Positions 37,466-50,649 of a stretch of 64,000 nt of DNA are shown here, in pieces (the first letter of the stretch is position 1; each line of letters opens with the position of its first letter). Both the position numbers and the translations under genes were made by a program. The DNA is taken from NCBI RefSeq assembly GCF_009834535.1, contig NC_045697.1, positions 66,466,001 to 66,530,000 of the forward strand, read 5' to 3'. Origin of the DNA: Camelus ferus (taxonomy: Eukaryota). A model generated the notes under the pieces. The model was not told the origin of the DNA, did no database searches, and saw only the letters and a list, made by a program, of their open reading frames with translations.

Positions 37466-37929
37466 GTATCAGAATTCCATTGTTGTAGTAATTTAACTTG
37501 CTCTGCAACCCCAGCTTCTTAAAACGTTTTTTGACAAAACTAACACATGCTTATTGCAGAAAATTTAAAGTATAGACCAGCAGGGAAAGGAAAAAAAACT
37601 TTAATTCAATATCACTCATAGATAATTGCTGCCAATATTTTATTTTAGTCTTCCAGTCTTTTTTAGAGACAAATATATAGAAATATTTTTTACAAAATAG
37701 AATTATATTGTGCCTAACAGTTTATAAATTTTTCGCTTAATAGTAAAATACTCTATGTTCATAAATCTTACTTAGAATATAATTTTTAATGTCTACCTCT
37801 TAGTTCATCTTATGGATAGTCATATAATACTCTATTCACTTTTGATATTGAATGTTTAAATTTTTTCTTACTCTTTGTAAGACAGGATTACAATACATAT
37901 CCATGTAGTCAAAGCTTTGTATATATCTG

Positions 37930-39627
37930 CATTGTCTATTGCTGCATTAACATATTATCCCACACTTATAGGCTTAAAACAACAAACATTTATTATATTT
38001 TCTATGGGTCAAGAATCGGAGGCATACTGAGTGGTTGTGGTTCATGGTCTTTCATAGGTTGTTGTCAAGATGTCAGCTGAGGCTGTAGTCATCCAAAGTC
38101 TTTTTACTGAGGGGGGGAATAAACAATATAGCATTATTAACTATAGTCACTGGGTTGTACATAGATCCCCAGAACTTCCTCATAACTGGAAATTTGTACT
38201 CTTTGACCAGCATTACTCCTTCCTACCCCCTCTACCCACACCCTCTACCCCAGGCCCCTGGTAACTACCATTCTAGTGGGTTTCTTTGAGCTTAGCTCTT
38301 TTATATCATCTCACACATAAGTGAGATCAGATGGCATTTGTCTTTCTCTGACTTCTTTCACTTAGCATAATGTCCTCAAGATCCACCTATGTTGTTGCAA
38401 ATGGCAGGATGTCCTTTTTAATGGCTGGATAATATTCCATTTAATATATACCACATCTTCTTTATCCATTCATTCATTTACTGACAGATGCTTGTTGTTT
38501 CTGTATCTTGGATATTGGGAATAGTACTGCAATGAACATGGAAGGACAACTATCTCTTTGCCATCCTGTTTTTATGTCCTTTGAATATATACCCAGGAGT
38601 GGGATTATTGGAATACATGGTAGTTCTAATCTCAATTTTTGAGAAACCTCCATACTGTTTTCCATAGGGGTTGCACCAATTTACATTCCCACCAACAGTT
38701 CACAAGGGTTCCCTGTTCTCCACATCTTCACTAACACTTATCTCTTGCCTTTAGATGGCAGCCATCCTAACAGATGTGAGCTGGTATGTCATTGTGGCCT
38801 TGATTTGCCTTTCCCTGATGATGAGTGATGCTGAATACATTTTTATGTACCTGTGGACCATTTGTATGTGTTTTTAAGAAAGACTTTCTCTGCCCACTTT
38901 TAAATTTAATTGTTTATGTTCTTTTGCTATCGAGCTGTATGAATTCTTTATATATTTTGGATATTAACCCTTCATTAGATACATGATTTGCAAATATTTT
39001 CTCCCATTTCATAGGTTTCCTTTTCATTTTGTTGATAGTTTCCTTTGCTGTGCAGAAGCTTTTTAGTTTGATGTTGTCCCATTTGTTTTTGCTTTTGTTG
39101 CCTTTGGTGTCAAATCCAAAAAGAATCATTCCCAAGACTGATGTTAAGGAACTTACTGTTTTCTTGTAGGATTTTTATGGTTTCAGATCTTATGTTCAAG
39201 TCTTTAACCTATTTTGCATTGACTTTTGTGTGTAGTGTCAGGTAGGGGTCCAGTTTCATTCTTTTGCACTTGGCTGTTTAGTTCTCTCAGCACCACTTAC
39301 TGAAAAATCCTCCGAAGTCTTGCCAGAGGCTGCAGGTTTGACTTTCATGGCTCACTCTCATGGCCGGCAAGTTAGTGTTGGGTTTTGGCAGTAGACCTCA
39401 GTTCCTCCCCCTGGGGTACACAATGGCAGCTGACCCATGTCCCAAAGCAAACGATCTGCCAGAAAGCCAGACCGAAGCTGTTCTTGTGACTTAGCCTTAG
39501 AATTGGTAGAGCAGCCCTTCTGCCATGTTGTGTCTGTTAGAAATGAGTCCTCACTAAATCTGGTCCATGTTCAAGAGGAGAGGAATATTTTTAAAAATTT
39601 TATGGACATACTTTAAAAACCACCACA
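37930..39627 (-). mobile_element. MLT1F-type MaLR LTR split by an L1
   Basis: TCTATTGCTGCAT.AACA...GGCTTAAAACAACAAACATTTATTAT...CAAGATGTCAGCTGAGGCTGTAGTCATC resumes at 39311 and ends TTTAAAAACCACCACA. Confidence 0.8.
38103..39310 (-). mobile_element. L1MA8/9-type L1 fragment
   Basis: ORFs 38474-38665 ([23 protein letters not shown]) and 38914-39135 ([22 protein letters not shown]) are L1 ORF2. TSD TCCAAAGTCTT 38092-38102 / TCCGAAGTCTT 39311-39321. Confidence 0.92.
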
Positions 39628-39810
39628 ACAATTCACCGTAAAATAAATTCCTAAAGATGAGACACGAAGAATCGAAGGATATGGAACATGTTGGGGCTTA
39701 TACATGTTTCTAAATTGCCTTTCAGACAATCTGTACCAACTTTACTCCTATAGCGGTATATGTGAGCTATTTTCCTGAGCCCTAGGAAACACTGAGCATT
39801 CTCTTTAATG

Positions 39811-40005
39811 CAAGGCCCCTGCTTGTCCGAAGGGTGCCTTTGTAAGAATCAGAAAAAGGAGCCCCCTCTCCTGGCAGACACGGGGTCCCATCAGGGTATA
39901 TGGCTTGACAAGAGTAGTGCCCACTGGATTTCATCTCCTCCTGGTCTTCTGGTCTGGGCGCCCTTGTGCAGGCCACAACCTGCACAATCATGCTCAATGG
40001 CCCTG
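39811..40005. mobile_element. MER91A hAT-Tip100 element
   Basis: GGGCGCCCTTGTGCAG..CACAACCTGCACAA...GGCCCTG terminus; AGAAAAAGG.GCCCC; CTGGATTTCA. Confidence 0.7.
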
Positions 40006-40162
40006 TTAACATTTTTTTCCCCTAAACTACAAATTTGCCTTTTTTGTGCTCATTAATGCATATTTGATTTTTTTTCTCATTGTAATCATCAAAGACTAGC
40101 ACTGTCTAATTCAGTTTAAATTTTTTATTATATATACACCTGAGAATAACCAAAATTTACTT

Positions 40163-40376
40163 AAGTTTGGGATTAATAGATACATATTACTATATATAAA
40201 ATAGACAACAAGTTTCTACTGTGTAGCATAGGGAACTATACTGAATACCTTGTAATAACCTATAATGAAAAAGAATGTGAAAAATATATGCATGTATATG
40301 TATAACTGAAGTACTTTGCTATTTATCTGAAAGTCACATTGTAGATTGACTACACTTCAATAAAATAAGAATTAAA
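40163..40376 (+). mobile_element. Artiodactyl L1 3' end
   Basis: CTACTGTGTAGCATAGGGAACTATA...GACTACACTTCAATAAAA plus A tail. TSD AAAATTTACTT 40152-40162 / 40377-40387. Confidence 0.88.
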
Positions 40377-43300
40377 AAAATTTACTTTCTTAAACTATTT
40401 CTATACACATTTTATTAAGTTGGGCTGGGTTTCTTACCCTGCTTGCCCTGTCTTTAGCCACCCTCCAAAATAAAGTTTGGACTCCGGCACTATATTACGA
40501 CAAAATTGTCTGTAGAAGTGATTTCAGTTTGTAATGATACAGGCAAGGTTGTTAAACGCTAGTCAGGAAAGTTAACTATGCACTTATAAGCATCAATTGC
40601 CCTTGACCATATTCACAGCTTCTGCTTTTTTTTACACTTTCATTTCCTGTAAGGGGAGATGTGATAAACCACAAAATTGGCCGTGAATCCTACACCTGCC
40701 ACAACTAGCCCTTTGGATCCTGGCACCTTTTATAGAATATACAAGCATGTTTATGCCAGTTTACTTGAGAATACAGCAGCCCATTCACATGTTTTCTATT
40801 GTAAGAAAACATTTAAATTATGATTTTTATGTTGTCTAAACCAGGCTATAGCAACTGTCCATTGTAACGTAACCCTCTCTGTTCTTGTACAACATCAGGA
40901 CATCAATTTCTCAGTAATTTCCTTACTGTTCATTTATCACTTATCCTATGTTCTTTTTAAGATTGAAAATTTCCTTAACTGGTAAAAGAAAGATCTCATA
41001 ATTAAAGTTTTGAAAACCTTGACTAATATAAATGTGGATGATACTGTTAAACAATTTAACTATTGTAACTGATCTGAGCATAGTGGGTTTTTTTTTTTTT
41101 TTGTATTAAATTGACCATTCCGTTTAATCGTAAACAGTAAAACAGTGGTTAGCATAGTTGAAGCCAGAAGCATAGCTGCTATTTTTCACCTTAAGTATTT
41201 GGGTATGATATTATCATATGCAGTCCTTCATTAAGTCTACGCTTGGAAGTAGGTGTTAAGGAGCAACAAGAACTTGGATTTACTTCCACAAGACTCATGG
41301 GAAGTATAATTGAAACATTACTTAAAATGTAAGTGCTTTTCCATCAAAAATTTAAAACTGAGAGATGACTTTTCCAGGTGTCAAATAAGCCCTGGTTTAA
41401 AAAAAAAAATGACAGTCACTAACACTTATTAAATTATATTCTTTATAGCAAACAAAAATGAGTTCCACTATCTAAAAAGCAAGCAAACTTACTCATAAAA
41501 AATGAGTGGTTACCTCTAAATAGATATGAGTTAAGTAATGTTCATGAAGATGAATGAATTCTAATGACTAAAACCTAAGCCAACTGATGGCTTGGAATAC
41601 ACTCAAATAGCCTCTTTTGATCATTAGATCAAGCAAAACAGTTTTACGGAAATCTCAGTTCTCAGTATCATCTTTATTACATTGTAAGAAATATTTTTTG
41701 CCTCTAAAATGTCACTGTCCTTTCTTAGTTGTCAACCTGGACTTTACATCAGTGGAGAGAATGGTGTGAGAAAAAGCTTTAAGTGGGCCAAGAGTTTTGC
41801 TTAAATCAATTTCTGTTAAAGTGCTTTTTCATTTATCACCTCTGAAAGGACATTTAACAAAGGCCCTCTGATGTAACTTTTGTCAGAGTCCCAGGTAAAC
41901 TGCTGCTTAAACATTAGCTTAGTCTAGAGGCTGAGTCCTGAGGAGGGAGGGGCAGTCTTCAAACTTCAATCTATATGAGGAAATGAATTTATTAGTTGAG
42001 CTGCTCCTTCTGAAACAGTCTGTCACTTAGGGCTTAACAGTTTCATGTCCAGAGTGAGAACTCGCGTGCGGAGCATGATCCAGGGGATTATGATATTTAA
42101 AGGTTAAAAAAAGATGGGTGGATCACTGGAAATATCCTTTCCAATGCAACAGTATTAAAGGTTTTATGTGTACTGTGAACCTGGAATATTTGGATCTTGT
42201 CGGGGAAAGTTGACTCTGCTGGCAGAGTTTCCTGATTTTTTTTTTCTTGTTTTTATGTTGTATTGGTTTGTAGCACTGAAACTGGACTTCAAAGTAAAGT
42301 GGAGATTTTACATATGTGGAGAGTAAATCATTTCTATGAGGCATTTTCATAGGTTTAGTTAAATTCTTGTAAGTAATCAGAGTCCAAGGACAAATAAGAA
42401 CATTTAAGGGGAGATGATACCTGTATTAAACGATCTTAATACTTAATGTAGAGTGATTTTGAGGGCAAAATGTAAAATGGCTTTGAGGGTAAAATGTATC
42501 TGAATTAGTCTCTCCTTTCTCAGCATCTCCACTTTGGCAGTGATGTTCTGTGCGTAGACCAAATTAGAGGTAGGCAATAAATTGCAACACAAAAGCAAAG
42601 ATTATGCCTCCACCAAACCTGGCCACACCACCAATGTTTATTGGAACTTTTTCTTTTTTAATACCACTTGGAATTTGGAAGGAAAGAGAAAATCTTTTCG
42701 GTTTTTTTCACTCATGCTGGATATAGTCAGGAAAAAAGAGCACCCATGGGGATTTTAGTATTTATTTCTGTTTAAATAAAAATATGAAGAGAGCAAGAAA
42801 AACCTGAACGTGTGTGTACTCCCCCCCCCCCCGCTGTCCCCCACCCCCCGAGACATGGCTGTTATTCAGAATGAGGGAAACATAGAATGAGATGCTATAT
42901 AGAGGAAAATCTGTGATTACGGACATCCAGGGTGAAATGCATTGACTGATAATTATGTTTCTTGACAAGGCTCTTGGAGAAATGTATAGCACAGTACTCT
43001 GGCATATGAGGTGCTCAATAAATAGATATATATATTTTTTAACACACTAGAACCCAAGATCCTTGAGGCCTCCAACTGTTGCACTAACAGCAATAACTCA
43101 TTCTGTACTCTTGTTACGGGACCTTCAAGCTCCCTGAATGTCTCACGCAGTGATTTCTGGGAGTTGGAAAGGAACGTCTTGTTGAACTGGAAAGCAGGTC
43201 TGTCATGATCTCTACTTCGGCCCCCTTCTTGATTTCTGCTAATTAGAAACCACTTGAGAGGCTCAACATGGTGGTGCTAATATCTCTGCCAAGCTGCAGC

Positions 43301-44345
43301 CTCCTGGTCTTCTGCACGGGGCCACTAGTAGGTCTGTGTAGGACCGTAAAGTTTATGCCCTGCACAACCTCAGGGAGCACCATTTCCACATGCTGAAATG
43401 TGAATGGCATTGCCTGGAATTGTGCAACAGTTCTTTGCTTGCTTTCCTGCAAGGCTTTGCTTGCATTACCTCTGGGTATTAAAAAAAAAAAAATAGTGCT
43501 GTATTTCCTGGAGCTCACCATGTGCCAATGGCTTGTGTGTTAGTGTGGAAATGGGGGACATGCTCTCTGCTTCTGTGCTGTGACACACTTGGACACCTGA
43601 GCACTGACATAGCAGTGCTTGTCAGTGCTTGTATCCTGTTCTTATAAACAGCAGCTTCAGCTTCTGGATACAGCCTCTGTCGACACAAGGCCCAGTCAGG
43701 TGCAGTGGGACCAAGATTTAAGCAGAATGGATTGCTGACCCCTTCTCCTAGTCTTGACTCTCTGTGCCCATGAAAACCTTTCACCCAGCTCTTAGAGACC
43801 CTAAAACCTATCGATTAGGCATGCTTGTCATGTTTGATTTCCTGTTTGGGATCAAGCTTGGACCCTTGCTAGAATTTAAGTGAATAAATGCACGAGTAAC
43901 TGGATTTTGGTATCCATATACAGTCTCGATTTATCTGTTAAATTTGGTTTCTAATGGAAAAAGAAAATCCTGTATGTGGTATTAGTTGGTATAGTGGAAT
44001 TTGAACCTGGGATCTCATTGTCTGTTGGAAGGATAAGTTAATTATTATGGTTTTTTTTAATGTAGTTAGACCCTCTCTGTGTGATTGAATGGAAAAAGCT
44101 TTGAGTTTGATATAGAATCCTCACAAAAGTTCCTCATAAAAAGGCCATAAAATGGACAGTACAAGTCAGTGCTACATATCCTCTGGAGGAATTGTAACAG
44201 TTTCAGGGTTCTGCTTGGTTTGCTTTAAATGATGGGTACCTAATGGTCCCTAGTGCATCTTTAACGTAAGTAATTTTCTTTTAATTTTAAAACAAAACCT
44301 TGGTTACCCTTAAGCCACAGGGGAAATTGTGGTTTTCTGTTCTAG

Positions 44346-44489
44346 GGTGAATTAACTGTTCAAAGCATCCTGTTTCCAGGACCTATAACTCCCTGATGGG
44401 AAGTGTGAGAACCTCTAGCCTGAATGCCGTGATCTGCATCCACACACCTGTTCAGCCCAAGATCCTGCATCCAGAGTCTACGGACGCAG
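44346..44489 (+). other. Candidate 144-nt exon with an internal ATG open to the donor
   Basis: Acceptor GTTTTCTGTTCTAG, donor CAG|GTTAGG. ATG 44396 gives 31 codons plus 1 nt. Peptide not recognised. Confidence 0.2.
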
Positions 44490-44589
44490 GTTAGGGAGGA
44501 CCCAGAGCTATTTTGCTCTTACGTAGTTTGTTTTTTTGAAGCATTGCAGTTCTAACCAGTCTGTACTACTTGAATATCTCCCAGTTACC

Positions 44590-45590
44590 ATGGAATACAC
44601 TGATTGGATTGATTGAAACCTTTTAAAAAGTGCTAAGTCTAAATTCCTCATCCTGCTAACAACGTCCTTAATAACATGACCCCAGCCTATCTTTTGCACT
44701 GTTTTCTAACAGCTCTAGCTGCACAGCCAATGCCCCAGCCAGCAGTAAACAAAGTGTCATTGTCCATATCCATCATCCAGCACACTTCTGTCACAGTGTG
44801 CCTGCCATTTCTTCTGTCTCGAATGTTCCGCCTTCTCTTTTCCACATTACAGTGTCATTCATCCTTAATAACTGGGAATCTCTAGGGCTGTTTACAGATG
44901 ATCAGCTTCTCCTGCTTTCAGGCATTTGGTTGGATTGCTCTTCCCCATTCCATTTTAATTCAGATGTGGTCCTGTGACTTGCAGTTTCCAGTGTGTTATG
45001 AGCAGATGTGCTACGTTATTGGGCAGAAATTTCCTGGCAGAAATTGAGAGGAATGAGAGGTCCTGACTCCCCTGGCCCCAGCCCCCTGCTGCAGCTCTCA
45101 GGAAGGCATGTGTTGACATGATGTCTTTGTCACCTGATCGCCTAGTGACGATGTTGAGCAGCAGCTCCCTGCTAACTAGACCTTGATGTGTAATGTGAGA
45201 GACATTTTTGTGTATGTGTTAAATCAACAGAAGTTGTGGTGCTTTTTGTTACCATGGCTTAACCTCACCTATCCTAGCGGATATCATAACTGAATCCAAC
45301 TCAAATCTTGGTTTATCTTAGAAGCCCTCTCCCCACCTCTCCTGCACAGTGATCACAACTCTCTCAGCACTTTCATAATGCTTGGAACATAACTTCATCA
45401 TTACTCTTGCCACAGTACATGGTGAATGTTGTTTCCATGACCGTTTCCCATGTCATCCTTTGAACACCCCAAGGAAAAGCCTGTATCTTAGTCACCATCA
45501 TTACCTTCCCCTGCCTTCTAACCTTTCTCCTTTTCTAGCATATTGCTTGGCACTTGGTTGATATTCAATGACTATTTTTAAATAAATGAG
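44590..45590 (+). mobile_element. L2 fragments flanking an MLT1 LTR
   Basis: AAGTCTAAATTCCTCA.CCTG, CAACTCAAAT....TT.CTTAGAAGCCCTC, CTAGCATATTGCTTGGCAC..GTTGATATTCAATGA. Confidence 0.55.
44880..45287 (+). mobile_element. MLT1I-type MaLR LTR
   Basis: GTGGTCCTGTGACTTGC...ATGAGCAGATGTG, TGTAATGTGAG, TTTGTTACCATGGC.TAACCT.ACCTATCCT. Confidence 0.7.
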
Positions 45591-45904
45591 AAAACCTACT
45601 TTCCTCTTACGATCAAAAGAGGGTTTTTTATTTTGTTTGTTTTTTTTTAGCAGCTCCATTGTTCAAACAGGGAAAATAAGCTCATGAAGTTATCAGGCCA
45701 AGAATTTTTTTGGTTGTTCATTTAAAGTCAAGAATGTATTAAATTTATTTAAATAGCTATTCTATACTAAAATAATTCCAAAGGAGGACAATCATTTTAT
45801 TGGTATTGTTTACAATTAGCACCAAAATCTGCATCTCATAATTGAAGCATTTCTTACTTTACTCACATCAAGATAATCGTTAACATTGTGTCTGCTTATG
45901 AATG

Positions 45905-46415
45905 TTTCATTCATTCAGTAAATGTTTGACTGTCTATGCTGTGTCTCGTACTGTGCTAGGCACTCGGGATACAGTGATTGAATAAAACATAATCACTAAC
46001 ACCAGGGAGCTTATAGCTTAGGGGGACAGAGATAAGAAAAAAAAAAAGGTAATTATAATGTAATACAGTGTGGACCTTAATTGAGACACACACAGGGCAT
46101 TATTTATGAACACAGAAGCATTAGTCCCACCTGAAAAGTCTGAATCAGGAGAGTCATGCGATCCCATGCACAGCCCTGTGGTTTCACTCTGGCTGCAGGA
46201 TGGCTTGCTTTTGTTCTGTGTGATGATGGCCTAACCTTGCACAGTGCTAGTAGAATGGAGGAGAGGTAAAACTGGAAAATCTTAGTGCTTGGGTTGATGT
46301 GGGAGTAAGGGAAGGGAGAAGTCAAAGGTGACACCCAGGTGCTAGCTCGTGTGACTGGGGTTATGATGGTGCCCCAGGTTAAGACCACAGAAGGAGAAGC
46401 AAATTTAGATAGACC
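45905..46415 (-). mobile_element. L2 fragment
   Basis: TTCATTCATTCAGTAAATGTTT...CTGTGCTAGGCACT.GGGATACAGTGA; GGAGAAGTCAAAGGTGACACCCAGGT. Confidence 0.75.
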
Positions 46416-47261
46416 CTAAATGGGGCATCACATGATGTATATTATAAAGGGGCCTTGGAGCTGAGCATTGGTAAGGTATTCCCAAAACCTGCAAAGGCCA
46501 ACAAAACACTGTGATGCTTTCTCAGTGGTGGCAGATAGAAGATGAAATAATTTTTCCTTTATTTTTGAAGGGATTTCCCTACATGCCCTTTAGAAAGGTC
46601 ACTGATGCTGCAGACTCCTGAACCTTGGTAGGGATTATCCCCTATCCTCTGGAGTTCATGTATCCTGCAAGACAGACTTATGTGTCATCTTTAAGAAAGG
46701 TTAGGAGTGTCAGCCTTCAAAGGAGAGGAGGGGGCCACTTTTACAGGCCCAGAGGGTTCAGCAGAATCTGGAATGTCAAAGGTCTTGAATGCACTGACTG
46801 AGATGTTCCTACCCCAAGTCTCAGATCTTTCCCAATCAGCGCATTGTAATCAAGCTCACGTGTCAGGTTTGAGAATGCAAGCTTCTGGATTTCACTCTTT
46901 CTAATGGAGTTCAAAGCCCAGTGCTAAGCATTTTCTACCCTCCAGCTGCAGGAGATGAGCTGCCTCCTATGCTGCCAAGGAGTCTTTTACTCACACTTTA
47001 AATTTGTGATTAATTATCGGTGTCTTCTTTATCTTTTTCTAGTGCATCAGTAACGCCCAGCAACAGCCATCTGATTCCATGGTCCTTACAATCGCTTTTC
47101 CTTCCGTACATCTCAAATGCCTGAGATCCCAGCACCCTTCGGTCCATTCCCTTCCACTGGCATCCTGTACTCCTTCACTGCTGGTGAACAATTGCCTTGC
47201 TACAGTGTGCCAAAGGCTTTCATATTCCACCTCCGATCCCCCTCCACAGCTCCATTATAGA

Positions 47262-47720
47262 ATTGTTCTAGGACACTTCCAGTTTCGAGTCCTACGTTGG
47301 GTTTCCTGGAAATGGACTCTGAGAAGCAGGTTTGCATGTAACAGGTTTATTGGGGAGTGTTTCTGCCTGTGAGGCAGTGAAGAAGGCATGATTAGGGAGA
47401 GAAGTCAGTTGCAACAGAGGCCCTGGCTGATCCCATAGGATCTCTGCAAATGGGATGATCCTTAAGAATTGTCCCAAATTGAAGCCAGGGCCCTGAGGAC
47501 TTCAAACAAAATACCGCATTAACCAGTGATGGAGTGCAAGCAGTCTCTGAGGATGGGACATGACGTTGGGTGAGGCAGCTACCCATATGTGTAGCCAAAA
47601 GTGATTCCCATAGACCCGTAAGCCAAATTATTATTATTAGCTGTGGAATAGGGGGAGGGAAGGGATAGGTGCCTTGGTCCAAAGCAGGTGATCTGGGTGG
47701 CACATCACAGTATCACTGCA
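47262..47720 (-). mobile_element. LTR16-type ERVL LTR
   Basis: GGACTCTGAGA...TTTGCATG.AACAGGTTTATTGGGGAGTG, GCTGATCCCAT.GG..CTCTG, TTGGGTGAGGCAGCT, GATCTGGGTGGCACATCACAG. Confidence 0.75.
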
Positions 47721-47844
47721 GTAAGGATCACTGTTTCTGGGATGCTAGGAAGAGAAGGGACAAGGGGATTTCAAGGAGAGGAAGAGATGAACAGATTCAT
47801 GTCCCTCCCTGCCCACTTTCATTGCCACTTTCTAATTCAACCAA

Positions 47845-48250
47845 GATGTAGAGGAAAGAGCAGTCTCTTTGGAGTCAGACCCATTTTCAAATTACAGTCT
47901 GAAATTTGCTAGCTGTGTGACCCTAGACAAAGTATTTAAACTTGAGTTTGTTAGCTGTAAAGTGAGGCAAAGAATACTTTCACATGGGGCTATCCTAAAG
48001 ATGAGTTAATAGTTAACACTCACCGAGCTCTTAGTACAGACTAGATGCTCTTCTCAGTGCGTCACACGGACAAATTGATGTGCATGTACTAGCCCTGCCA
48101 GGGAGGGACTATTCCCAGTCATGTCACAGATGAGGATAACTGAAGCACAAACATGTTCAATGCCTCCTCCAAGATTCAAACCCAGTAAGTGACAGTTGGA
48201 GATTTGAACTTCCACAGTCAACGTCGGAGACTTGACCTTTAACTATTGTC
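47845..48250. mobile_element. Two MIR SINEs in opposite orientation
   Basis: TTTGGAGTCAGAC...CTAGCTGTGTGACC (+); TCACAGATGAGGATAACTGAAGCACA (-). Confidence 0.7.
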
Positions 48251-48617
48251 TTAACTATATCCTATCTTGCCTTGCTTTCTTTAAGGAAAATATTTTATTA
48301 AAAGAACTCATGGAGGTAGAGTGCCTGTCACAAAGTGGACACTCAGTGAATGTTAATTTCCTTCCAGTTTCCTCTTGGATGGATTTCTAGAACTGTCTAG
48401 TCTAGATTAGCGTTCCGGCCCTGTTCTCACAGGCCTCATGTGGTAGGCTGTGGTCTCAAGTGCTCATGATAACACTGTTTGTACTCACACACGTGTTTTA
48501 TTCAGGTTGGTGTTCATATGTTGCATGTGTTGCAAAATAATTGCTCAAAACATTTGTTAAATGAAAGGATAAATGGCAAGGGACATTTTTAAGAGTTTCT
48601 AGAAATACTGTAACATA

Positions 48618-48730
48618 ACTGTGGTGGTTCGACTACTATATACATTTGTCAAAACTTACTGCATTATATGCTTAAATGGGTAAATGTTGTTATGTGTAAA
48701 TTATCCTTAAGTAAAGCTGATTGAAAAATA
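48618..48730 (+). mobile_element. L1MB/ME 3' end
   Basis: GTGGTGGT...ATACATTTGTCAAAACT...TTAAATGGGT.AAT...TATGTGTAAATTAT.CTTAA.TAAAGCTG. Confidence 0.7.
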
Positions 48731-49084
48731 GTTTTGACTCTTAGTGAAGTGAAAAGCAGCTTTCTGTAGTACATCTAATCACTATGGGATACTGAGCGTT
48801 TTCTATCACTAGAAAGGGCATCTAGTACAATTAGGTCAGCCATTGCAGAAAGATTAAGTTTCTAGTTCAACCAAGATAATATAACAACTTGGCTCAATGT
48901 TTCTCTAATTGATTTACTGTTTCCTCTCTGTTGCTTCTGTTAGTCTGAGAGTACTTTGAGTAAATTTTAATTTTAATTTTAAACATGACTTACTAAATTT
49001 TCTAGGAAATTGAACCTCAATGGTGCTGTCATGCTGGCCATATCCATAAAGCACAATGGATAGGAAACAGCGTATTGTCTTACA

Positions 49085-50170
49085 GTCCAGCTTTATATTT
49101 TTGATGGTATTGTAAATGGCATCTTTTAAAAATTATATTTGTTTGTTTGCTGGCTATTAGGAATACAGTTGCCTTTTATATATTTTGTATCCACCAGTCT
49201 TACTAATCTACAACTTCTAATAATTATCATGAAGGTACTATTACACTTTTGTCTTTCTTTCACATTTAAGTTTTAATCTGTCTGGATTTCGTGATTAAAC
49301 CAAATTCTTACTTCTTTCCTCTACCTTCCTCCTTCCTTCTCTCTCTCCCGTCCACCCCCCTCTCTCAGTCTCTCTCCCCATCTGTCTCTCTGAACCTTTC
49401 TTCCTGTCTTTCTCTCCCTGTCTCGTTCCTTTTTTTCTTTATATGTCTAATCTGTGGTCTTGATAGCATTTACTATAAAGTCCATCTTTTCCTCGCTGTT
49501 TTCAATGCAAGTACTATAAAAATCAAGTTTCCACAAATGTATAGATGTGTTTCTTGGTTCTTTCATTCTGTTCCATAGGTCAGTTTGTCCACATTTGCAC
49601 CAACAGCAGACTGCATTAATTCCTATAGCTCTATATTAATATTACCTAGTGGAACCCCTGCCCCCCAACTTGTTCTTTCTTCTTTGTAGTGACTTAGCCC
49701 TTTTCACTTGCATGTAAATTTAGAAATGGCATGCCAAGATCATGTACCCTCATGATATTTTGAGTGTTGGTTAGATTGGTATTTAATCTGCAGATCAGTT
49801 TGGGAGAAATGAACATCTTTAGGATTGTGAGGCAATCTATGATCGTGGTATTTTTTTCCATCGTCTTTAATGTCATACCAGAAGACTCTACAGTGTTCTT
49901 TGTAAAGACCTCTTAAAGATTTTTATCTAGTACTTTATATTTTTTGATGGTATTGTAAATAATGTCTTTAAAAATTACATTTCTATTTGTTTGCTGGCCT
50001 ATAGGACTATTAATTGACTTTTATATATTTTGAATCTATCGTTCTTACTAATCTATGACTTCTAATACTTACTCTGAGGATTCTTTTGCATTTTTATGTA
50101 GGCAGTTATAGCATCTGTGAATAACCATATATTCTTTTCTAATTCTTACCTTTTACTTTTTTCTTATTCT
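49085..50170 (-). mobile_element. Old L1ME ORF2 remnant with an internal CT-rich tract
   Basis: ORF 49694-49876 (ILKMFISPKLICRLN) resembles L1 ORF2 IVKMAILPKAIYRFN. Pyrimidine tract ~49310-49440. Confidence 0.7.
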
Positions 50171-50649
50171 GCTGACTTGGACCTCTTCTGAGTATGTAAA
50201 AATAAATAAAAAATTTCACCTTTCATATAAATATCTAAAATTTAGGGTATGATTACATGAAATCACTGAACTACCATATGATTTATCCCGAATTACCTGT
50301 GTTAATTTGATGGTCCCACTCTAAAGAGAACATGGTAAATCAGATCAAACCCAGCTCACAGAACCACATGGTCTTACTTTTCCAACTATAGAAGGCTGTG
50401 TAATTCTTTCACGACTGGCTTCCCTCACCTTAAGAAGCAGAAGGAGGGATGCTGTTCTGTTCATCATTGTTTCCTCCAGAGTCTAGCATATTTCTGGCAC
50501 ATGATGCACCTCTACTAAATATTCATTAAATAGATAAATTAACGTATGCAAGAAATCATTTGGAGACTGATAATTAGGCGTTTGGCTTCATGGCCTGCGT
50601 GAGGGCCATAGATGTATTCCACGCTGATTTCCACACTGATTGTCTTTAT

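Larger units (their letters stand above)
37520..40100 (-). mobile_element. L1ME 3' region in pieces (37520-37930, 39628-39810, 40006-40100)
   Basis: ACATGCTTATTGCAGAAAATTT, TTTTACAAAATAGAATTATATTG. Resumes with TAAATTCCTAAA.ATG..., AAATTGCCTTTTCAGA. Confidence 0.6.

Noticed and set aside
44396..44413. MGSVRT identical to the KCNJ2 N-terminus
   Set aside because: Similarity stops after 6 residues, and KCNJ2 has a long single-exon CDS that is absent here.
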